Shown here: piece after piece, positions 1 through 8,238 of the stretch | Layout of the letters: each line of letters opens with the position of its first letter | How positions within the stretch are numbered: position 1 is the stretch's first letter | Origin: Octopus sinensis | Lineage: Eukaryota | NCBI RefSeq assembly: GCF_006345805.1 | Contig: NW_021827372.1 | Span: 1 to 10,585 of the forward strand | DNA: 10,585 bases | Direction of reading: 5' to 3' | Translations under genes and position numbers: made by a program | Notes under the pieces: model-generated | Told to the model about the DNA's origin: nothing | Seen by the model: the letters and a program-made list of their open reading frames with translations, nothing else | The model's database searches: none

Positions 1-190
1 GTCTGAGTTCAATTCCACCACCAAGGTCGACTTTACCTTCTTCCTTTGGGGTCAATTCAATAAGTACCAGTTACACACTGGAGTTGTGCAACTGGTACTT
101 ATTCCAGTACTTATTGATGTAATCGACTAGACCTCACACCCAAAATTTCAGGCATTGTGCTTATAGTAGAAAGGATTATTATTATTATTA
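1..190 (+). mobile_element. tRNA-derived SINE, 5' end outside the window, with (ATT)n tail
   Basis: Pol III B-box-like GAGTTCAATTCC at 5-16. The body (AAGGTCGACTTT...AATAAGTACCAGTT...GATGTAATCGAC...GTAGAAAGG) ends in (ATT)n at about 176-190. It resembles an Octopus SINE family from memory; not database-checked. Confidence 0.75.
59..103. repeat. Short fold-back inverted repeat inside the SINE (19-bp arms, 1 mismatch, 7-nt loop)
   Basis: AATAAGTACCAGTTACACA (59-77) versus TGTGCAACTGGTACTTATT (85-103), whose reverse complement is AATAAGTACCAGTTGCACA. Confidence 0.9.
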
Positions 191-220
191 TCTTCAAAAT
201 ATCACCAAAAAAAAGTTGGG

Positions 221-473
221 GGCATGGCTGTATGGTTAAGAAACTCACTTCACAACCTTGTGGTCTCAGGTTCAGTCCCACTTTGCAGCACCTTAAAGAA
301 TTAACTTCTTCTAATGTTCCAGGTTGACTTAAGCCTTGTGAGCGGGTTTCGTACATGGAACTGATAAAGCCTATGGTATATACATGTGTGTGTATATTCA
401 TGTATGCATATCTATATTTGTACTTGTATGTGTATGCATGTATCTGTGTGTGTGTGTGTGAGTGTGTGTGTGT

Positions 474-511
<38 letters not shown>

Positions 512-695
512 ATATGTCTGCTCACGTCTCCTTTTCTTGACATCTGCTGCTAATTATAAACAAATGTCACGTCAAACAAACAGAGTCGTTTGTTTGCAGT
601 GTTCCACCAGAAAACATATCCAACCATTGTGCTGTTCATGTTGGAAGAACTTGGGGAAATATTGTCTTGCTTGAAACCAGGTGAGGATTGGTGAC
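221..695 (+). mobile_element. Diverged tRNA-derived SINE with an internal TG/TA microsatellite
   Basis: A-box-like TGGCTGTATGGT and B-box-like GGTTCAGTCCC. The first ~170 nt align by eye with the head of the copy at 3703. The 3' part (GTCTCCTTTTCTTGACATC...GGGGAAATATT...CAGGTGAGGATTGGTGAC) differs from that copy. Confidence 0.75.
445..508. repeat. (TG)n microsatellite with two AG interruptions
   Basis: Directly visible; interrupting A at 461 and 479. Confidence 0.95.
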
Positions 696-818
696 CCTCA
701 TCGAGTGTAGTCATAGACTTCACTGAGTAGGACTCACAAGAACCTGGCAAAAAACAAAACAAAATTATTAGAAGGAAAATACAGAAAAGAAAATACATCA
801 TCTGATGTATTATAAAGG

Positions 819-948
819 TTTTGACATCCATTTTCCCTAACTGGCATGGGTAGGACAGTTGACGAGGAAGCAGTGAACCAGAGGACATTGCTGAGCTCCA
901 ATGAAAGATTTGGCAAGATTTCTACAGCTGGATGATCTTCTTAACACC
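819..948 (-). mobile_element. SINE/LINE 3' tail remnant, inverted relative to 2380-2543
   Basis: The reverse complement of 919-948 (GGTGTTAAGAAGATCATCCAGCTGTAGAAA) matches 2423-2452 at 27/30 positions. A CCATGCCAG...GGAAAATGGATGTCAAAA tail motif is also present. Confidence 0.65.
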
Positions 949-1577
949 AGATGCACACATACATGTGTATGTATGTGTTTATGCATGCATAAGAGTATAT
1001 GAATGAATAAACATTGGTTTACTTATGTTTGATTGCACATCTGATTTTGTATGCTAGCATGGGTTAGGTGAATATATTATTGTAGCCTTGTTTTACAGAC
1101 AGACAGCTTTCCTATTGCTCACCCAAAACCATTTTGCAAGAACAAAAGTTCTTATTTCCCATGTCTTCCAAGGTGGGGGTGATTGGTTGACAGATGTTTC
1201 TGCTTGGAGCAACTTAAAAGAGATTGCAAACATTAACAAATGCACAGACACCTATGCGCACACACACTCAGCTCGAGTTCACTGCTTCCTGTAGCAGAAA
1301 CAGCTGGAAGCTAATGAAGGTGTCTATGTAACTCTTGTTCTTTTGTCGTTCATTGATTCATATCTATAAACATACATAGACACAAATATTTATACATGGG
1401 TGTGAAGGTATATTCATATAATTACACATGTGTGTCTATGTATATGTTTTGTGTATGTGTGTATATTATATGTATATAATTTCACAATTGAGGGTAAAAT
1501 TAATTAATTATTAATCAATTTCACCAAGTATTCAGTATGTAAAGGGACCATTTAAGGCGAATTCAAATATTACATTA

Positions 1578-1680
1578 TAAAAAGGGCTTAGTAAAAAAAA
1601 TTACTTTGCCACATACTGAACTCATTAAAAAATGAGGTTCAGTATGTGGCAAAGTAATTTATTTTACTAAGCCCTTTTTA
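1578..1680. repeat. Near-perfect palindrome (49/50-bp arms, 4-nt loop), MITE-like or fold-back
   Basis: 1578-1626 versus the reverse complement of 1631-1680 differ by one substitution and one 1-nt indel. The loop is AAAA, and both outer ends read TA. Confidence 0.9.
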
Positions 1681-2379
1681 AATATATATGTTATATATAT
1701 TTATATTATATTATTTCACCGAAGTAACAAGTGACCCAGATCCAAAAGTTTCTTTTATTGGCATTTATATAACTTGTTTTTGGGAGTATATTCCCAGACC
1801 TCCAAAGAACCAGATTGATGAGTGTCAGCACATGAAACTCTCAGATCTTGAGTCACTGAGTTCGTTCTGCTCAATAATAATAAAAAATACAATACACATA
1901 TACTTACATGTCAAGTTCTATTTTTCCCATTTGCACCTGTATATATATAGTCAACACCTTCAGCCCTTTTGCTACCTCTCATATTTATCACACCCCTCTA
2001 ATACACATAACTTATCATTCACTTCCGATATCACACACCCTTCATATCACCCATGTCACTGTCACCTGTGTCCCTACTGCCATGCCCCTATCATCACCTC
2101 ACCACCTCTCTATCTTTCATCTCTCAATCACTCTTCTTTTTACTCTACTATCTTCTACTGCTGTGACAAAGATTGGCAGTAAATCTCTTCTCTTCACCAT
2201 TCTTCCAATGAAACTAGGGATGTACTACTGGACCTACCTGGGTCTCTCCCAACACCCAAACCACTCCTCCTTTCATATATTTATTACCCTAGATCTCTCA
2301 CCCATCCCAAGATATATGTGAAACCCAGAGATTGAGGGGAACCTTTAGTTTTGTCAAGGACATGGTGATCGTCTCTAGC

Positions 2380-2543
2380 GATGGTACCAAAAGATGCACC
2401 CAGTGCACATTGTGCAGTGTTTGGTGTCAGGAAGAGCATCCAGCTGTAGAAAGATAATCAGAAAATGTAACCTCAGGCAAGATATTCTTTGAACCATCCA
2501 ACCGATTCCAGCATGGAAAGTGGGGGTAAAATGATGATCATCA
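2380..2543 (+). mobile_element. SINE/LINE 3' tail remnant ending in an (ATG)n-like repeat
   Basis: GCACCCAGT...GGTGTCAGGAAGAGCATCCAGCTGTAGAAA...CCAGCATGGAAAGTGG...AAATGATGATCATCA. Homologous to the inverted copy at 819-948. Confidence 0.7.
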
Positions 2544-3702
2544 TACATACATAGACGTATGGATGTATTAATATACATATGTGCATCATCTTGTGTATAT
2601 ATTTACACATTCATTCATATATATGTATGCATGTGTGTATATAATACATCTACGATTAGATTAAAGTCTAATTATTATGAGGGGTTTTGTAGGTTTTTTC
2701 CCCAAATAAACCAAGTAGAATGGCACAAATGAAACATAAACATTCATTCAATTTAATTTTACAATAGAAATATTTGCAATTATCTGCTTTTCTCTTTATA
2801 AACTTTGTTGTCAACAACACAGCAATAACAACAACATATCCTTATCCAGCTTGTCCCCAAAATAGTGTTTTGTTTAGTCCATGTATATTCAAGAGCTGAC
2901 ATCCTGAAGGAGGTCTCTTTTATTTTTCATTCCTCCTGGGTCAATAGAGTACAGTCATTATTCATAGACCAAGGAGGAGTGGAGGACCATTCTGATGATG
3001 ATGGGTCACAGAATGTCATTACACCCCCACCCAATATTTTCCTAATCCACCTCATTAAACCCCCAATACTTCATAATAAACTACACCAAGTTATAACTCC
3101 TCACCTAATACAAAACACAACACATTCACCTGCAACCCCTTTTTCATACAACACATCTTTCTCATTGCTACCAAACATTGTCCCTTATATTAAAGATAAT
3201 TAAGATGAACCTACCTTTCATTAATTGGGCTTATTCTTAACCCATCTTTATTATCTCAATAGCAACAATAATAACGATCCTCTCAACATGCTGTCTATCA
3301 GTGTGATTATTGAAAGCCCATCTTTGGATAAGCTTTCCGAGTTAATCAATGTTTGTAGATAATTGTGTGATTATATTGAAGTCGAGAGATTACAGCATTT
3401 GTCAGGTTAAGAACAGTTTCATCTCCAGCTTTATTGGTATCTGTTAATCCAGGTAAATATGACGGAAACCAAGCCAACCATGACTGTCCCATCATTTAAG
3501 TATATATAATCATTATAATACTTATATTCATCTAATAGCAAAATGTTCAGTCTTCTTGTATCTGACAAATGTCTAGGTAACATAATAAAGTCTATGCTTT
3601 GCTAATTGTTCCTGTTAACGAAGTTTGAACATGATTGCTGTGTGTTGGGACATAAATATAGCATTACAACACCAATTAAAGTTAATTTTCTCTACAGCTT
3701 TG

Positions 3703-4110
3703 AGGCGCAGGAGTGGCTGTGTGGTAATAGCTTGCTAACCAACCAACATGGTTCCGGGTTCAGTCCCACTGCGTGGCATCTTGGGCAGTATCTTCTGCTA
3801 TAAGCCCCGGGCCGACCAATGCCTTGTGTATTTGATTTGGTAGACGGAAATGAAAGAAGCCTGTCGTATATATGTATATATATAATATTTGTGTGTGTAT
3901 GTTTGTGTGTCTGTGTTTGTCTCTTAGCATTGCTTGACTCACCGATGCTGGTGTGTTTTACGTCCCCGTCACTTAGCGTTCGACAAAAGAGACCGATAGA
4001 ATAAGTACTGGCTTACAAAGAATAAGTCCCGGGTCGATTTGCTCGAACTAAAGGCGGTGCTCCGCATGGCCGATTCAATGACTAACAATTAAAAGAGTAA
4101 AGAGTAAGAG
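3703..4110 (+). mobile_element. Near full-length tRNA-derived SINE (Octopus-type) with (AGAGTA)n-like tail
   Basis: A-box TGGCTGTGTGGT, B-box GGTTCAGTCCC, central TA/TG tract, 3' body GAGACCGATAGAATAAGTACT...GGCGGTGCTCC, and tail AAAGAGTAAAGAGTAAGAG. It resembles Octopus tRNA-derived SINEs (OR1/OR2-type); exact family not determined. Confidence 0.85.
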
Positions 4111-4435
4111 CTTAAGTGTCTCGTTATTGAGTGCTTTTGGAGCAGGGGAATCTCTTTTGACTAATTATCGTTAAATAAATCTAAGCCACACATGACTATT
4201 TCTTTGTGATGTTGAGAGCAAATATCATTTCCAGTGAAAATAATTATTTCTAATATTTAGACTCCATGTAATTAATGAAACTTAATACATCTTAGAATAG
4301 ATTGTAATAAGTTGTTTAAATATTAATTAGACAAGATTAATTCACTGACAGAAATACATAATGTTTTGTTTGTGTTTTTCAAATGATGAAGCAAACATCA
4401 TCTCCCTGAACTTTAATATTTTCACAAAGCTAAAT

Positions 4436-4468
4436 GTTTTCCTTATATTCTTTGCAGATTCACTATGG
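4436..4468 (+). promoter_or_regulatory. Splice acceptor followed by a start codon in strong Kozak context
   Basis: TGTTTTCCTTATATTCTTTGCAG (AG at 4456-4457), then ATTCACT-ATG-G (ATG at 4465-4467; A at -3, G at +4). Confidence 0.7.
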
Positions 4469-5050
4469 AAGACCAGACTGAAAATACTTTAAGGAAACTT
4501 ATCCCTCAGAAATTGGCTTTGAGTACTCAACACCAAAACGGATGAAGGAGGAGTTGACAATAAAGGTGTAAATATGAGAGAGATGACGGTTCAAGGAGAG
4601 AATGTCCGAGAAACGATCTCCATCTCAGCCACAACAACAAAAAAAGACGTAAAGGAGACCCTAAAAACTGGAATAATTAGAAAACGAGATGTTTTCGACA
4701 AACACATATTTTATACAAGATTCAATGCCTATGAGGACAAAATGGATTTGCTGATAAATTCTCGGAAAGAAATATGTACTTTTTTAAAGGATAGGAATGG
4801 ATGAAAATACTTTTCTAAAACATTTTACACAGAAATAGAAATTCTGACGAAAACATTAAAAAAAAAAGATTACAATCAAGAATTTATAATTTTTGCAAAA
4901 CTAGAATTGTTCCTGGAACACTATATACAAAGAAATATTCTACAAGACAAACACAAAACCATTGAAGCACCAAAAATAATCACAAATTTCGGCCTCTTCA
5001 CAAGTTGTGATCAGAGAAGCAAACATTGAGGAATCTGGAGAAGAATTTGA
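4465..5050 (+). CDS. Fragmented N-terminal, probably helical/coiled-coil region (includes ORF 4574-4804)
   Basis: Frames 1, 3 and 2 join as MEDQTENTLRKLIPQ / EIGFEYSTPKRMKEELTIKV / MREMTVQ...FLKDRNG* / KYFSKTFYTEIEILTKTLKKKDYNQEFIIFAKLELFLEHYIQRNI. Rich in E/K/L/I. No Cys/His RING or B-box pattern is seen. Confidence 0.5.
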
Positions 5051-5520
5051 AGAAATCCCAAAATATCCAATATTGTCATCATAGAGGAGGGAGTGATGAC
5101 ATATTCCCACAATTGCAAGATAATAAGTTTAGTAACAAGAGACAGTGACAGAATTGATGTCCATTGTCCATCTTCTGTGACCAGTTTCACACAAGAATCA
5201 GTGAAGACATGGTTCTGGCAACCCTCCCCTTCCATGAAATGATTCTTATTATCAGCCCCAAAACCTTCAAGATCAAAAGGATACAGTTGGGGTTACATAT
5301 GGTGAGTTACTTGGAAGATTCTACACTTATAGGTGTAGAAATGTTTGGTAAGATAGTTTACCAATTTGATTGGGAGGATAATACCATTAACTATCAATTT
5401 ATTACCAAGAAACCCCTACAGATATTGCTGTAGGGGTCCAGAATATACTTGTAATTACATTCGCCAGCATCAACAGAGTAATCTGTTACAAACTGGATGG
5501 CCAACAGTTATGGGAGGTAG
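5051..5520 (+). CDS. Fragmented first beta-propeller module (blades 1-4)
   Basis: Frame 2 RNPKISNIVIIEEGVMTYSHNCKIISLVTRDSDRIDVHCPSSVTSFTQ, then frame 1 ISEDMVLATLPFHEMILIISPK..., then frame 3 PTDIAVGVQNILVITFASINRVICYKLDGQQLWEVET. Each junction is consistent with a 1-nt deletion. Confidence 0.6.
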
Positions 5521-7131
5521 AGACCCTCTTCTCTGCACCTCCCAAGTAAAATCTCTCTCTACCAAAATTATTTCTATGTCCTCCAGGGACAAATAATTTA
5601 TAGGATTTCAGCTAAAGGTGGTGTGACAAGGAGGGACATTGGCAGGAAATGCCGCTCTATTTCTGTTGGTAAAGATACCATTTTGGTAACAGATTATTGC
5701 GGCAAACCACATGGTATTCAAATGAATAAAGACTTTTGGCCCAAACTGTCATACAACCACCAGCTACATACCCCCAGTTTAAAAGACTATATTGATATTG
5801 AGGATTGCTACAACATTACAAATATTCTACCTATGTCTACATCTTCTATATTAATAATTTACAAAAACAAGAAAGCTAAATTATTCACTGATAACGGGGA
5901 AATAATTAACCAAAATAATTCAGTTTTCCTTGAGCTTCCTTCTTTCTGTTGTAGAATAAACGCAAACAGATTCCTGGTATTTTATCCTGAAATGAAAGGA
6001 TTTCAGTATATCACCTGTCCTGAACTAAAAAAAGGCCCTTTAATAAAGGTGCAAACTGGTTACATGAAAATATGTCATGTTGTATCAAATAAGTGTCTAG
6101 CTGTGACCACCACTGAAAACAAAATCGAGGTCCATATCCTCTTGATCAACGAAGATAAAGTTGACATTGCAGAAAGAATTTCTCTGGGACATCATAATGT
6201 CAGCATTGCTGCAACTCCAATTAATTTTGTAGTCGTAGATGGAAACGAAAATAAAATGGTATTTTATTCCACATGTGGTGAAGAACTTTTTCAAAAATAC
6301 CTTCCATTCTATGGCCACCCTCATCACATCTACTCTGATAATGTTTATTTCTATGTCCTCTTCAGGAGACACTCTATTCTCAGATGTTACGATATATATG
6401 GACAAATGAAATGGCAGTGGGAACTGCCTTTCCCTGTTCACCCTCACATTGCTGTTTTCCAAGGAACTCTTTATGTCCCGGACACTCAACTCAACAGGGT
6501 TCTTCTTTACAAGTATCAAGACCGGTCGTCTGGCGGTCTTTTACCCATTAAAAATCCTTACATCAGAAATCTAAATCTACGACTCAAAGAAAAGGAGAAT
6601 GACCAAAAACTTGTAATTGGCGAAATATGTAATCTGTCCAATGGACAGTTGGTGGTGTCTGACATCAACCATGATTGCTTGTTGTACATTTCTGAGGAAG
6701 GAGACATTGTGTCCAGATTATCTCTGCCGTCTACAGCCACAGATATATGTCGATGGGATTCTAATCATATAGGGGTCACATTACCCCTACAGAAACAATT
6801 AAGGGTCATCGGAAACCTATCAAAGACAGTGAGAAGTGTATCATTAAGGCAGCCTTATGTACAGGTGTGTAAGATGGGTGAATGTGAAATTGTTTGTTAT
6901 TGTGATAAACCATCACATTTAGACATTTTAGCCATCAATTATTATAATCAAGTTGAAGTAATTAAGACAATTAATATCCCTGTGTTTGTGAAATCATTAT
7001 CAGTAGACAAGGAAACAGAAAAGCTATTAATTGTTACTAGGGAAAAAGCTTTTCAGTACAACACTAGAATAGGTGGTGGTGGTCATCGTCGTCATCGTCT
7101 TCGTGTGGTAAAACTAGATAGGTTATGTTAG
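5521..7131 (+). CDS. Uninterrupted 536-aa segment: end of propeller 1, propeller 2 and truncated propeller 3
   Basis: The provided ORF 5623-7131 extends upstream in frame to 5521 (RPSSLHLPSKISLYQNYFYVLQGQIIYRISAKGG). It carries NHL-like blade motifs and ends at TAG 7129-7131. Confidence 0.8.
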   Translation, partial: RPSSLHLPSKISLYQNYFYVLQGQIIYRISAKGGVTRRDIGRKCRSISVGKDTILVTDYCGKPHGIQMNKDFWPKLSYNHQLHTPSLKDYIDIEDCYNITNILPMSTSSILIIYKNKKAKLFTDNGEIINQNNSVFLELPSFCCRINANRFLVFYPEMKGFQYITCPELKKGPLIKVQTGYMKICHVVSNKCLAVTTTENKIEVHILLINEDKVDIAERISLGHHNVSIAATPINFVVVDGNENKMVFYSTCGEELFQKYLPFYGHPHHIYSDNVYFYVLFRRHSILRCYDIYGQMKWQWELPFPVHPHIAVFQGTLYVPDTQLNRVLLYKYQDRSSGGLLPIKNPYIRNLNLRLKEKENDQKLVIGEICNLSNGQLVVSDINHDCLLYISEEGDIVSRLSLPSTATDICRWDSNHIGVTLPLQKQLRVIGNLSKTVRSVSLRQPYVQVCKMGECEIVCYCDKPSHLDILAINYYNQVEVIKTINIPVFVKSLSVDKETEKLLIVTREKAFQYNTRIGGGGHRRHRLRVVKLDRLC

Positions 7132-7137
7132 TATAAG

Positions 7138-8238
7138 ATGGTCCCCAGTGTTTTAATGTCCCAAGTGAAACGTCCCCTCAGTCTCCAAGGTGGATCTATT
7201 GACCAAACGTCTGTTTATCTGATAGACAGAAGCCGTATGTTTGCCATAAACGATCAGAATTTGTTGGTTAATGATCTCGTTACTAATAATCAACTTAATT
7301 ATTATATCGACCTGGTGGATGTATTTTCCAGACACATTTCTCTCAGTGAAATGTTGTCTTCCACTTTATATCTACAGGACCTGACAGTTTCTGATAAAGC
7401 CAGACATATTCCTCTCCCTAAACATTTGGGAGACAAAAGACCAGCGGAGATTAGATCTTTGGTTCTTACTGAAAATAATCTGATTGCAGGATGGGACAGG
7501 AAGAATGGAAACATTAAGATATTCACATTGGATGGTCACCTATTGGATTCAATCAAAGTGAATGTTTATAGAGATATTAAAATGTGTCGATGGCAGTCAA
7601 ACACACTGGTCATTACGAATAGGGATCGTTTTGATGATAATAAACGCCAACTGTTGACATTAAAAGTGGAATTTCCATTGTCGTTGGTAATTTACAAAAC
7701 GAGAAATAAATATGAATGTGTGGCTTCTTTATCAAACAATCAACTGGTTTTGAGTGAATGGAGAGATGCAAGACATTTGCATTTTGTTGATATTAATGAA
7801 ATACATTCGAGTGTGAAGGAAATAAAAAAAATAGACATACCTGAACCATTAATAAAGAGAGGCATAAATGGAGATTATTCTGATAAAATCCAGGATATTA
7901 AAGTTACTGATGAAGATGTCATCATTGTCTTAAACTGGAGATTCATCATTTTCTTCAACAGTGGTGGTCAATATTTACATTCAGTCAGACACTACATGGA
8001 GTATTATGTTGGTAGTGATGACAGGATGACAATTGATGACAGTTTTTTGTACATTCATGGTAAGTGGGAGAAATGTTTTGGTTCATTTGGATATCGAAAC
8101 ATTTTGTGTTTGACCCAGAATGGGGAATACAAGAGAATATTTTTAAATAAAAGAATTTATAAAGATAGAATAGATTTCTCCAGTATAGACTGTAAAGGAC
8201 CAAGGTTGTTGGAAGCCCCAGGTGGGGGAAAGGAATGA
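7138..8238 (+). CDS. 366-aa segment: linker plus propeller 4; same frame as 5521-7131
   Basis: Provided ORF. It contains blade motifs IRSLVLTENNLIAGWDRKNGNIKIFTLDG, MCRWQSNTLVIT, YECVASLSNNQLVLS and IQDIKVTDEDVIIVL. Confidence 0.8.
   Translation: MVPSVLMSQVKRPLSLQGGSIDQTSVYLIDRSRMFAINDQNLLVNDLVTNNQLNYYIDLVDVFSRHISLSEMLSSTLYLQDLTVSDKARHIPLPKHLGDKRPAEIRSLVLTENNLIAGWDRKNGNIKIFTLDGHLLDSIKVNVYRDIKMCRWQSNTLVITNRDRFDDNKRQLLTLKVEFPLSLVIYKTRNKYECVASLSNNQLVLSEWRDARHLHFVDINEIHSSVKEIKKIDIPEPLIKRGINGDYSDKIQDIKVTDEDVIIVLNWRFIIFFNSGGQYLHSVRHYMEYYVGSDDRMTIDDSFLYIHGKWEKCFGSFGYRNILCLTQNGEYKRIFLNKRIYKDRIDFSSIDCKGPRLLEAPGGGKE

Noticed and set aside
111-888. ORFs 111-401, 355-540, 480-674 and 550-888
   Set aside because: They lie in SINE and microsatellite sequence; the CVCV/YLYL translations are repeat artefacts.
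1688-2321. ORFs 1688-2182 (164 aa) and 1908-2321 (137 aa)
   Set aside because: They are overlapping H/S/L/P-rich translations of a G-poor tract in which stops are rare by composition; no domain-like pattern.
2840-3470. G/T-rich minus strand with faint likeness to the gene's C-terminus (AGECVVFC, YEVLGV), suggesting an inverted decayed paralog
   Set aside because: The matches are only a few residues long and broken by many stops; not supportable without a translated alignment.
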